A DNA stretch of 64,000 nucleotides from Tubulanus polymorphus (GCF_964204645.1 NC_134035.1:13176451-13240450); one strand, 5' to 3'. Positions 13,101-25,204 are shown, counted from the stretch's first letter. Numbers and translations are program-made. The notes: generated by a model not told the origin, from the letters alone.

Positions 13101-14944
13101 CCGAATCTTAACTTACAACTGTGGAAATTGGTCCAGGGATCGGTTGCTGAAAAGTTGGTTAGATTTAACCAGTGGATAGTTGAAAAGTTCATCGTTCATT
13201 GCGGTGTCTATCGTTAGTTCATTATTTCTCCGCTATCAATATCCATGAAGATGTTAAATGAAGTTAAATGAAAAATGAATTATTATTATGATAACCAACG
13301 TTTGAGCAACCGGTCCTAGAACTTCAAAATAGTGTCTGCGCTTAAGCTTTACATGATAGAAATTTAAAAAAAAAACATTTGATTGAAAATATACAAGTCC
13401 AAAAATAGGTTTTAAGATGTGATCCTGAATCTATACTAATCCATCCTCCCTCGGCAGGGATTCGAACCTGATGGCATCACTAGACTCAGCCATGGTGGTA
13501 GTCTCGATGCCAACAGGCTCGAATCCGTGCCCGGGGAGGATGAAACTAATCGTACCTCTTTATTTATCTCATCGCTCTCCTACAAAACAAGTATATGATT
13601 TTACTAAGATTTATCGAAGTATGAGGGGTACACAAAAATAAGGTTTGGAGATACTGATATTAATCTCAGTATTTCACACAGTTAATGAGCTAAATCCACA
13701 GTTGACGATTTAACTGTTTATTCTGACAGTTTCAAAGTCTCGGCTAAACTTCATCATCAGAGAAACTAAAATAACATAATGATAAAGTATTAGATGAATG
13801 AAGTTAAGAAATAACATAATTATGTTATTTACGTTTCTTTAATGATGAAGTATAGTAAAAACTTCGAAACTATCAGAATAAACTGTTAAATCATCAACTG
13901 TATGGGTTTTATTCATGAGATATAACGGTGAACGTGTCTTTCTAGTGATACATTATTTGAAAATCATTAAGATGTTTAGTGAGCACAGATTACAGCTTTA
14001 AAGCTTCACAATTCACTCCTCTATTTGTCGTCATCTGATCGCAGATATTTGTGAGAGACAGCGACTCGTTAATGAAGTGTTGTCTGGGTGGGTGTATAGG
14101 AAATGAAGCGTATTGATAGCCGCATAGTTTCATTTCATTGACAGATACCGATCAGGAATGCGCCGATAGCCAGTGGTTATACATGGATATAAAACTACTT
14201 CTGAATATCGTATATACATGTATTTGAATTTGACCTGTTGATGTCGGTTTCAATCTACACGGTCTGGTCCAATCAAACAGACATTCAGGGGGCTATATGA
14301 TGCATAAGGCCCACATTATCGCCATTCCTGCAGTTTTCGATAGTCCCAGGCTTCAGTGCTTTACCTGAGATATCTAAAACTAACTACAAACACCAGACAT
14401 TAGACTTTTTTATCTACACACTTTCAAAAACTGTTCGTCCACACTTCATCTGTGTCGGAGGACTTCACCTGAGATATTTTCAATTGAAAATGAACTACAA
14501 ACACCAGACATAAGACATTTTATCAGCACATTTCCAGAGATCTGATCGTCCACACTTCACATGTGTTCAGTGCTTCACGTGTGTTCAGTGCTACACATGA
14601 AACATTTTCAATTGAAAATGAACTACAAACACCAGATCCCAGTTTCACAAAAAGGTTTAACTCATATCGATTTAATTTGTTCATGAATTCAAAGTATCTT
14701 AAATCGATTTAGGCCCTAATCCTTTTTGTAAAACTGGGCCAAGATATTAGACATTTTATCAGCAAACTTTAAAAAACTGATCATTCACATTTCACATGTG
14801 GTCAGTACTTCACCTGAGACATTCATGAATGAACAACTAAACTTTACTCAAACACGAAGCGGATATTTCACTTACTTTAGCGTGTGATAGCGACTGGTAA
14901 AAACAGCAAATCAACATCAAACAAAGGCTCGATTTTACAAACAT
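10142..14944 (-). CDS. Galanin-like neuropeptide precursor, 94 aa; exons 14944-14876, 12355-12334, 11619-11560, 10630-10517, 10161-10142
   Basis: Five exons with canonical splice sites and matching phases (0,1,1,1) give MFVKSSLCLMLICCFYQSLSHAK-DVEDDFPSTGFE-RR-QQGNVMIPGAWLYGMGHMN-KR-LLGNARNINRNNKVQGVSMMKDFLRYLRLKDEGVLE*: signal peptide, dibasic-flanked 19-mer, C-terminus resembling GMAP (EFLSFLHLKEAGAL). Confidence 0.8.
13036..13316. mobile_element. Two abutting Harbinger-like MITEs (13036-13133, 13137-13316)
   Basis: GACCCAGTTCCA..TGGAAATTGGTC, a CAG spacer, then GGATCGGTTGCTGAAAAG..TTTGAGCAACCGGTCC. Confidence 0.65.
13442..13542. mobile_element. Palindromic element with B-box-like arms (relatives at 29706-29760, 37019-37188)
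   Basis: CATCCTCCCTCGGCAGGGATTCGAACCTG ... CAGGCTCGAATCCGTGCCCGGGGAGGATG. Confidence 0.65.
13721..13764 (-). ncRNA. Minimal type I hammerhead ribozyme (left arm of inverted repeat 13685-13915)
   Basis: Minus strand UUCU-CUGAUGA-U-GAAGU(loop)ACUUU-GAAAC-U-GUC-AGAA: intact core, stems I and II pair. Confidence 0.65.
14350..14830. repeat. Degenerate ~120-bp tandem repeat interrupted by a MITE (~14636-14740)
   Basis: Recurrent AACTACAAACACCAGACATTAGAC..GTCCACACTTCA; insert with CCCAGTTTCACAAAAAGG / CCTTTTTGTAAAACTGGG ends. Confidence 0.75.
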
Positions 14945-16270
14945 ATCTGAAAATCAGTAAATAAAATATTCAACTGACGCCAGGTTTATTGTAACCCATC
15001 ACGATGACTCGAAACAACTTGGGATTTAATTGAAAAGAAACAGTTTCGTGAAAATGTGGGGTCCGCGTGTATGTGGGAACCAGGGAATCACATGAACCAT
15101 CGCCGTCTTTCATAATTCGACCTTCTCTACTCCTCGGGGTTAAGAAGTCTATCGTCGGGAAAAGATAATACTGAATATCGCCCAGGGTCTAGAAAAAAAC
15201 CATTTTTTTCGTAAAGGAGATCAACGGGTAAAATAAGAACACGTATTGTATGAAATCCCTTAACAAACGGATGTACCGTCGCGTGGTTGAGATTTGATAT
15301 TGCCTATTGTTCGAAAGATTCTTCGCTTTCGCGTAAAGTTTACATACAGCGGAAACGATTAAGAAAAATTCTCTCATTCGCTTGTGATTCCCTGGAAATC
15401 AAATCTGATGAATCAAATGCTGAAAACTATAGTGGCAAAGCAGCGGTAACGGGTTTTCTGCCGTATGCAAAATATGCGCGAGGTCAATCAAAATCAAGAC
15501 TAGTGAAATCTGTATGTATTGGGGTTAAGCAAAATCTTAGAAAATTTAATAGAAATTCGTGCAGTAGTTTAGAAGCCTTAGATTTTTACTGACCTATTAT
15601 TATCTGCTGGATAATCTGCTTGCGAAGGAAAAGGGTAATTATGATTATAACAACTGTAATGATAACAAATGGCAACAATGATTGTAATAATAATCTGGAG
15701 GAAAGCAATTATGGTTATCCGTGAAACAGCAGAAAACCCGTATAATCTTTGTAAATAAGATCCATTGATCTAAGTTCATTATCCGATCTTGAATAAGTTT
15801 ACTTTGTCCGTCGTCGTAGATTGCAAAAATTGAAAATTGTAAATCGTATATCGTTAATCTGATATTCACTTAACGAATGTCGTCGGCGCATAAACGATTT
15901 TTTAGCCGACATACGATTGAATTATATCCACACTGCGGGCACCCGTCCAATTTTACCTCATAACGCGGCGGACACCCGTCAAATGCACGAGTGACCAAAT
16001 TATCTAAAATATTCGGTATCAATCGATAGAGGTGACGTTACGAAACAAAGGTTAAAGAGTTTAAGGCGAACTTTCTTATAAAGGGAGATTCGCCTTAGGT
16101 GATTTCGCCTTAATTTGGGAATGGGCCAGGATAACCTACAACCTCCCGAGCTCTCTCCTTCACTCAACGCTTCTTCTTTCTCTCCCCTTTATCTTCCTTT
16201 CTCTCACCCTCCCATTCCCCCCTCTCCTCTTTTCTTTTCAACCGTCCCTTTCTTCCTTTCCTCCCCCTTC

Positions 16271-16745
<475 letters not shown>

Positions 16746-17419
16746 AATATTACTAGTCTCTTTCTCCCTCTCTTCTTCTTTCTCTCCCTTTCTTTTTTGA
16801 ATATATTTGTGAAGCATTCATTCAGATCATATGAAAACAAAACTTAAATTTAAGGTTGTTTTCGACATCATATTGAAAATGAAATAATTAACTTAGTTAA
16901 GATAATACATTTCAGTTCTTACTTCGTAGAAATGGTATCGAGGTTATACAGCGTAACGACTATCCAACCACTATCCTCTCACGTTGCGGCGATTCAATTA
17001 TTTTTTTCTTCGCGTCAATTTTTTTCTCGTAAGAGGTGTTCGAATGGATGAAACTTCACAGCAAATATCTCATTATAAACGACTTATATTTAAACACTGC
17101 CTCTCGTAGCAGCGGATCCAGCTGTATTGATAAGCAGTGAGGGTAAGCGGGTGATAAGGTGATAAGGAGGTGTCCCCCATTAAACATGACCTACAGCTTT
17201 CGGTGTGACCAGGCATTTGTGCTTTTATGGCTTAAGGTCCATTATCACAGACTTAATTTGCCCCAGGGTCCGGTTCTGTAATATCGAGTTTAAACATGGA
17301 CTCTAGTTAGTTCATTTTCAAGTTTCAGCAGATACCTGTAGAACTGGATCAAACGATTAAACCTAATGGCTAAACTAATAAGTTAAGACTGAGGCCAATT
17401 GTGCAGTATTACCTCACAA

Positions 17420-17972
17420 CTTGTGACCAATATAAGCTTATTTTAATTCTATAACCAATCTAACGACATATAAGATTGGTCTAAGCTTAATTTGGCGTTT
17501 CTATATCCGATCTAACAAATTAATACCTCATTTTGGTTCTATAGCCAATCTAACAAATTAAGACCAGTCTAAGCTCGTCTTGGTTCTATAACCAATCTAA
17601 CAACTAAAGACCAGTCTAAGCTCATTTTGGTTCTATAACCAATCTAACAACTTAAGACCAGTCTAAGCTCATTTTAGTTCTATAACCGATCTAACAACTT
17701 AAGACCAGTCTAAGCTCATTTTAGTTCTATAACCAATCAAACAACTTAAGACCAGTCTAAGCTCATTTTAGTTCTATAACCAATATAACAATTTAAGACC
17801 AGCCTAAGCTCATTTTGGTTCTATAACCAATCTAACAACTTAAGACCAGTCTAAGCTCATTTTAGTTCTATAACCAATCTAACAATTTAAGACCAGCCTA
17901 AGCTCATTTTGGTTCTATAACCAATCTAACAACTTAAGACCAGTCTAAGCTCATTTTGGTTCTATAACCAAT
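17420..17972. repeat. 47-bp satellite derived from MITE family C interior
   Basis: Unit CTAAGCTCATTTTGGTTCTATAACCAATCTAACAACTTAAGACCAGT, period 47. Confidence 0.92.
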
Positions 17973-18288
17973 CTTAGCAGATGTAGGAAGGACACATAAA
18001 ATGATGGCGGCCGTGATGATGCTTTAAATCAGCAGTTAGAGCCTTTCGTCTAAAAAGAGAGTAATTGATGGCTTTTACTGGAGAGAATCTTTCGAGGCAA
18101 ATGTAACTGGTGGAGTTAAATATATTCTGACAACTATTCCACCTGTATTTACATCAGTGACACATGTGACGAGAAATCTACAGTCGACACCCATTTCCAC
18201 ATAACACATTTCTCCAGTTGATAACCACTGATGAAACACACTCCGTGTTGAAACATCCTACGGACAATCAAAAGAGTCCGAAATATGT

Positions 18289-19500
18289 CCTTGAGTTAGT
18301 GTAGTTTATTCAACGTTTTGACTTGATCCTGATAGTCATCTTCAGGAATACTGTATTCCTTGAGCTAGTGTAGTTTATTCAACGTTTCGACTTGTTCCTG
18401 ATAGTCATCTTCAGGAATACTGTATTCCTTGAGCTAGTGTAGTTTATTCAACGTTTCCACTATATCCTAATAGTCATCTTCAGGAATACTGTATTCCTTG
18501 AGCTAGTGTAGTTTATTCAACGTTTCGACTATATCCTAATAGTCATCTTCAGGAATACTGTATTCCTTGAGCTAGTGTAGTTCATTCAACGTTTCGACTT
18601 GATCCCAATAGTCATCTTCAGGAATACTGTATTCCTTGAGCTAGTGTAGTTTATTCAATGTTTCAACTATATCCCAATAGTCATCTTCAGGAATACTGTA
18701 TTCCTTGAGCTAGTGTAGTTTATTCAACGTTTCGACTATATCCAAATAGTCATCTCCAGGAATACTGTATTCCTTGAGCTAGTGTAGTTTATTTAACGTT
18801 TCCACTATATCCTAATATTAATCTTCAGGAATACTGTATTCCTTGAGCTAGTGTAGTTTATTCAACGTTTCCACTATATCCTAATATTAATCTTCAGGAA
18901 TACTGTATTCCTTGAGCTAGTGTAGTTTGTTCAACGTTTCGACTATATCCTAATAGTCATCTTCAGGAATACTGTATTCCTTGAGCTAGTGTAGTTTATT
19001 CAACGTTTCGACTATATCCTAATAGTACTCTTCAGGAATACTGTATTCCTTGAGCTAGTGTAGTTTATTCAACGTTTCGACTTTATCCCAATAGTCATCT
19101 TCAGAAATACTGTATTCCTTGAGCTAGTGTAGTTTATTCAACGTTTCGACTTTATCATAATAGTCATCTTCAGGAATACTGTATTCCTTGAGCTAGTGTA
19201 GTTTATTCAACGTTTCGACTTTATCCTAATAGTCATCTTCAGAAATACTGTATTCCTTCAGCTAGTGTAGTTTATTCAACGTTTCGACTTTATCATAATA
19301 GTCATCTTCAGGAATACTGTATTCCTTGAGCTAGTGTAGTTTATTCAACGTTTCGACTTCATCCTAATAGTCATCTTCAGGAATACTGTATTCCTTCAGC
19401 TAGTGTAGTTTTTTTCAACGTTTCGACTATATCCTAATAGTCATCTTCAGGAATACTGTATTCCTTGAGTTAGTGTAGTTCATTCAACGTTTCATCTTCC
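18289..19500 (-). ncRNA. Tandem array of 17 x 69-bp units, each a Penelope-type minimal hammerhead ribozyme
   Basis: Minus-strand unit UAUUC-CUGAAGA-U-GACUAU(UAGGAU)AUAGUC-GAAAC-GUU-GAAUA: conserved core, stem I UAUUC/GAAUA, stem II GACUAU/AUAGUC, loopless palindromic stem III (ACGU). Confidence 0.85.
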
Positions 19501-19511
19501 AGAATACTAGT

Positions 19512-19644
19512 ATCTTTTTTTAACCCCATCAACCCGCTAAGCGCATTACAAGCGGGTTCGATGTTTCTTTTTCCCAATGGGGGAGAGACCAGAGAAGGAC
19601 CTTCGACCAAAAAGAAACTCTGTCGCCACTAGGGTCTGTAGCCA
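19512..19644 (-). mobile_element. Short retroposed insertion with 13-bp TSD
   Basis: CCAGAATACTAGT at 19499-19511 and 19645-19657; T-run at the left end. Confidence 0.6.
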
Positions 19645-20437
19645 CCAGAATACTAGTGATATAACAGAATATTTCTGAAGATAGCTATTGGAAAATTTAG
19701 ACTCGACTTTTCTTTGTTAACGTGAAGTTGGCAGTTAAGTTTGGCCCCGAGTAAAAATGTGTCGACTGTTCAGAATATTAGAAAACATTTAGATAGATAA
19801 CATCGGACATTTCAATCAATTTAACGCAAATTGAATTTGAGTAGTTTTAATAATAGTTAATGCGAGTGATGTAATTGACTGCAAGGGTACGTGTTTATCC
19901 GGTTGTAGAGAGAAACCTCGTTATAGCAGGTACTTCCTCGACCAGGTGCGGACGATCAGTGGTCTAGATCCGGTGAACACTCGTCCAAAGACCGGCTATC
20001 AAACCCAATAAAGACGCGGCGTAGTCTGCCTAATTAACGTGGTTAGTACGCGCGATGCAATTTACGCGTTAACCGCGACCACTGGAGTTAACATCGTTAA
20101 ACCCGATGCCAACATGACGGGAGATCATTAATGAAAGCAGTAGCTTTGATCTCGGGCGCGAAAAAGAATACGACGAATTTCTGTAACGTGTCTTTGTTGA
20201 ACAGTGATAATAGATGTGTATAGTGTATTCTGACACGACCCATTTAGAATCACCTGTGTCATTCTTTCCCCGGTGTAAAGATCACTTTGAGCTCGATATT
20301 AACCTAGTATTTATTCGTTAATAAACGCCGACACCTCGGTATTAGAGGAATTGATATAATAGCGGTATCTATTGGTTAGGTTGATGGGCAACTCGGGGAC
20401 TGTAATCAGCGTGTGTCCAACCAGTGATCGATATCTT

Positions 20438-20658
20438 GGGTGAACTTCGGTTTTCGTAGCTAGTCGACAAGTGGTCGGAACTATTAACCAAACTATAGTT
20501 CGGTCGTAACGTATTTCACAGTGTCGGCCATCTTGGAACTGGGCCCGAACTACAGCAACCGCGCTCAATCACGTGATCGACCATTTCCGGTCCATACTCT
20601 TGACTAACTGACATTTAGTTCGACTATAATCGACTAACTCCGCTTACCGAAGTTCCCT
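20438..20658. mobile_element. MITE family B, inverted diverged copy
   Basis: Reverse-complement similarity to 6692-6924 (GAAATACGTTACGACCGAACTATAG; GACTAGCTACGAAAACCGAA). Confidence 0.75.
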
Positions 20659-20769
20659 TGCGCGTCAGTATTTAAAATAAAAGCCTCAGTTAATGTTTCC
20701 TTGAGCTGTCAAAGTAAGATGACGAAATAGTTATATAAAATCCTACATCAAGAACGAAAAGGTATTTCT

Positions 20770-21020
20770 CTTGAGCTAGTGCAGTTTATTCAGCATATTC
20801 GACTATATCCTAATAGTCATCTTCAGAAATACATTTTTGAGATCATTGAGGAAACACTCTGAGTCCGTGTTGTAAAGATGATATCAAATCCCCGCACACT
20901 AAGAATGAAAATAAATCTGAAATGTTCCCTTGAGCTAGTGAAGTTTATTCAACGTTCTGACTATACCCTATAATTGTCATTTTCAGGAATCCTGTATTCC
21001 TTGAGCTAGTGTAGTTTATT
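20770..21020 (-). mobile_element. Hammerhead-family repeat with ~160-bp monomer (retrozyme/PLE-like), degenerate
   Basis: Two copies of the 69-bp hammerhead unit separated by the spacer CATTGAGGAAACACTCTGAGTCCGTGTTG..CTGAAATGTT. Confidence 0.7.
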
Positions 21021-21597
21021 TTCGAACTCCCGTTTTTATTGTGGTATTTCATCTCTGAGTGTATATAGTTTATACGTCCATTGTCGCATTTAAGTTCAAT
21101 GTCCTCACGTCAACTCAATTCGAAATAAAACACTTGATTCGAGGCACATTTTTATATTTCGCAAGTGTTTTTGGCCGCCTTAAAAAATTCGAGATTCTAT
21201 GAAATGTTTGAGATTCGTGAAGGTTACGGTGTTAGATTTCACAGCGCCTACGTGAACACGTTGTACTGATAACAATTGCTGTTCGTTTTCCCTTATGGGT
21301 AATAAGTATTCGACTGCGGCTTCGTCTCACATCTGATCTCACAGTTTTACCGTCAATAATCCCCCCGATTCTAACACCGTTTTACTGGTCACCTGCTTGC
21401 AATAAAAATGTCTTTTTCACAATTCCCAATTTGCTCTTGAATTGGAGTATTTTTATCGCACGTTTCATCAGGTTCAACTGTCGTGCATTTCTCGCAGCCA
21501 CTCTTCGGACCCTGGAGGTTCCACGGATTAGAGTTAGAGTTAACTGGTGTTAACGTATTTCAGCGACTTTTCAAATACAAATATCAGGATAAGAGTA

Positions 21598-21740
21598 TCT
21601 GACGTTTAGACTGAATTCTATGAGACATTTTCAAAAACTAAGAGAATAGTGACGTTTAGACTCAATTCTATGAGCCATTTTCAAAAACTAAGAGAGTAGT
21701 GACGTTAAGACTGAATTCTATGAGACATTTTCAAAACGAT
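21598..21740. repeat. ~50-bp tandem repeat (3 copies)
   Basis: TGACGTTTAGACTGAATTCTATGAGACATTTTCAAAAACTAAGAGAATAG. Confidence 0.8.
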
Positions 21741-23699
21741 TCTATGAAACATTGCGTCTAAACCCAAATTGAACCCACACAACTGTGGAACTGGAGTTAA
21801 ATCTTGCTAAACCTGGTGTTAGCATATCTCAGTTTCTTTTAGATACAAATAACAGGATCCATTGTGAGGTGACGTTTAGACTCAATTCTATATAGGACCA
21901 GTTTTATACTACGAGAGAAGTGACGTTTAGCCCAGAGTTAATTCTACACGCCATTTTCAAAACATTTTCAAAAAAGAGTCTAACCATCATTGCTTTCTTG
22001 GTTTTTTGTCTCCAATCAAATTGTAGGTTATTAGATTATTTCAATTGAATTATAGACAGTCACTAGTTTAAAGAAGCCAACTTACAATTTACTACTAAAT
22101 CTGACGTCAAAATTTCTTCCCTCAAATCTGCGTTCGCGAAAGTTTAGAAAGAAAACGAAATTTTTTCCACTGTTAGATTTCATCTCTTGTTTTTAGTGCA
22201 ACTCGATAGATGATTAAAATTCGCCTATGATCCGTAAGACTTTTAGATGAAGTCACGAATTTTACAAACGCAACATTTTTCAGAATGAAAAATTCGTCGA
22301 TCAAAAATTAATTACGAAACGAAGTCGCTATTATAATCCGACGACGCAAACTCGTTTTCATATGTCATAAGCTTCCTGAAGACTGGTCCCCGGTTTTTTT
22401 TTTAATTTTCGTCGATCAAACCCTTTCAACTTATCCCGTGAGAGTTCTTTCTTATTTCCGTGGCGTCGCAATACGTGTCAGGTATAGGTGAACGCTACGA
22501 ATTTTCTATGATAATTTCTATGAATTGTCGGTTAATTTCTATTGCAACTTCATAAGAAAAATTTTTCTGATCGTAGGAAAAACTTAAGCTGTGTCGTCGG
22601 GTCGGAAATCTGAGCTCGTGGTGATTTCGGTATCCAAATTCAACAAAATGACGCATCAAACGAAGCGCAACATGTTTTATTTTGTTCTCAAATTGAATCT
22701 ATTCATCAAACCTGTCAGCGCATTTCGGTAGAGGAAATTTGACGCAAAAACGGATAAGTAACCGCTTACACACAAACGTCTCCGGCAAATTCCACAAATT
22801 TTCCGGCGGAACTACTTTTCGACGGTTTTGTTTTGTTTGAAATTCCGCCGCAGTGATAAAAACCAATACAGTTTTTTTTTGTGATTTAACTTCGGTTTTG
22901 ATTGGTCATTTATAAGTCGTGTCCTGAAAGCCGTGCTTTACCAAAATTCTATCCTATATTGAAAGTCATTTAAACAGGCGTTAGTTGAACTATAGTGACT
23001 CAGATTCGCTATAAGCATTTAAGAATTAAACTTGAATTTCATTTTATTTACGACGATAAGATGATAGAATCAGTCGAATGCATAAGTATCATATTTTTCT
23101 CCTTCATTATTTTTTCCCTTTCTCTATTTTCTCTTTTGCTTCTCATTAATAAGAGAGAGACCTCCGTCATAAAGTTTACAGACAGTGACCTACAGGAGTC
23201 CTTCACGGGGGGCCTTTCATTGTGCCACAATTTATAGAATATTGAATGTATTGCATATCATCATTGATACGACGAAAAATGAATTCATTCGTTCATTTCA
23301 TTCAATAAACAATCTAATGACTCAACACCAGGACCCCGAAAGTTGTGAGTAGTGAGAATTATCTTCCAGATTCAGTGGTGGTCATAATTATTATCATAAC
23401 TTGGCGCATTTTAACTTTTAAATCAATTAAAACACGTACACACTATTTACACAAATTCTGACGAAATCATCCAAAATTAAATGAAAATCATCCCATATTT
23501 TACCATTCCATTTCTTTAAATCGAAGAAAAATATGAAAAAACTCATATTTTGTTCTATGACTTGATTTGTGGATTTAATTTTTTGTACGTCAACTTAACG
23601 CGCATTTGATACTTCAATATTTGATATTTCAATAGCATTTGATACTTCAATATTTGATATTTCAACGTGTTTGATACTTCAATAGTGTTTGATACTTAC

Positions 23700-23860
23700 T
23701 TGTGTAGCTGAGGATAGTATTTCTAGTGTAGTAATTCCTATTGGTGTTTATGCCGGCCGGGCGGGAGGTGAGTCGTCGAGATCTACGCGGGGATGAACGA
23801 ATGAAACTCGGCCACCAGAAGAACGTTTCGATCCGAACAAGCGCTCTCTATTTAAAAGTA
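23700..23860 (-). promoter_or_regulatory. Candidate promoter / non-coding first exon of the galanin-like gene
   Basis: Minus strand: TTTAAATAG (23856-23848), TCATTC Inr-like (~23804), GC-richer stretch, then AA|GTAAGT donor at 23699. The ATG exon has an acceptor 2 nt upstream of the ATG, so an upstream exon is required. Confidence 0.3.
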
Positions 23861-24972
23861 GTTCTCGTGTCGCAGTACGCACGTGGGTGTCAATAGATCA
23901 CTACGCGGTGATACGCCTCGGGGTTGTATTGGGATTTCTGATATGATGTATGAGTTTGCGGCTCGATCGCGCTTGTTTGTTTGCTAAGATTCGAATCACT
24001 AAATACTGATCGCGTTGAAGGTTCGGGTTTTTAAAGAGGCGCACCCCTAATGACATATCGCGGCCAGAGGTCGTGTTTTCTCTTATCAGCGGCTATTTCC
24101 GTTTCCGGTTCGTGCTACGACAGCATCTCGCACTGGCCGTCGATGAGTCTTTCACGAGGAGCCGTAGATACACGACGCTGTGTCTTACTCAATTTCCATA
24201 CTCTGTCTCTTTACCCCCCGGGGCGACGTAGGTTTTTGGAACCCATTAGAGATGATGTTCAGGATAGAGTATGATATTTTCTATTACTTGAGGTTCTCGT
24301 CCGTTTTTCAAAGTGGAGTTGCAAGTTCAGATAGGTCGTACAGCGGAATACCATGCACCTTTTCGACGTGATTTAAACGCCACTTCGGTTGGCAAACACA
24401 ATAAAGTGATTTTTGAAATTGAAATATGGATGAATTTCCCTCCGTGACGGCGCTGGTTGAGAACCAGATACCGACGCTAAGACATCGACGTGTGTAGTTT
24501 AATTCAGTACTTATTTATTTTACGTGAAAACAACTCGATATATATCCGCAGACTCAATACAAAATTTATGAACCATATTTGATGATAGTATGGACGCAGT
24601 ATAATTAAATTCAATTCAAAAATACTCTTTGTTGTATTGAAAACCCTTACGGACTGAGGCTAATAGGTTAACAATGATAATAAGAAAAATTTGAGAAAGA
24701 AAAAAAACGACGTTAGTTATTATTTAAACACCTATTTCTATTATCTGAGGAATTATACAGCGGTAATAAAAAGACTAAAGAAGAAGTTATCATCAAGACT
24801 CAAAACGGATACTTGAATGATTACACGACTATCAAAGCCATCATAATTAACTGTTCTAATAAGAGAATCGTATCGTTGGCACGTCATGAGACTGGTCACC
24901 GGTCACCACACCTGACTGGTCACCACTCATCACATTGACCAGACAAACTTATAAACTTAGTCAATCGTCAAA

Positions 24973-25038
24973 GGCCCGTGGTCTAGTGGTTTGCGTGCCC
25001 GGCTCACATGCGGCAGTTCTGATGTTCGAGTCCGTGCA
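24973..25038 (+). pseudogene. tRNA-derived SINE head or tRNA pseudogene
   Basis: A-box TGGTCTAGTGG, anticodon-like CTCACAT, B-box GTTCGAGTCC; no acceptor stem. Confidence 0.5.
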
Positions 25039-25204
25039 CATTGTAGATACTGTGCCCTTGAATTTTGTTTCATTTTTTGTTTATCTGATAAAAACATCAG
25101 TGACGGATAGCCTCGTTTTGTTACTATATATAGAATCCCATACTTGGAATAAGTATCGTCTCCTTGAGCTAATGTTTATTCGCGATGAAGGCCATTAGTC
25201 TTTA

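Noticed and set aside
18228-18260. Plus-strand CTGATGA..GAAAC hammerhead-like motif
   Set aside because: No stem I or stem III pairing; other copies of this spacer lack the core
18289-19500. CRISPR-like appearance of the regular arrays (also 53233, 46782, 63173)
   Set aside because: Units are head-to-tail with no unique spacers, no cas genes, eukaryotic context
23359-23470. Possible third terminal exon ending GR-stop on the minus strand
   Set aside because: No similarity to peptides A/B and an in-frame stop upstream
24973-25038. Functional tRNA-Val gene
   Set aside because: Acceptor and T stems do not pair and there is no terminator; kept only as SINE/pseudogene
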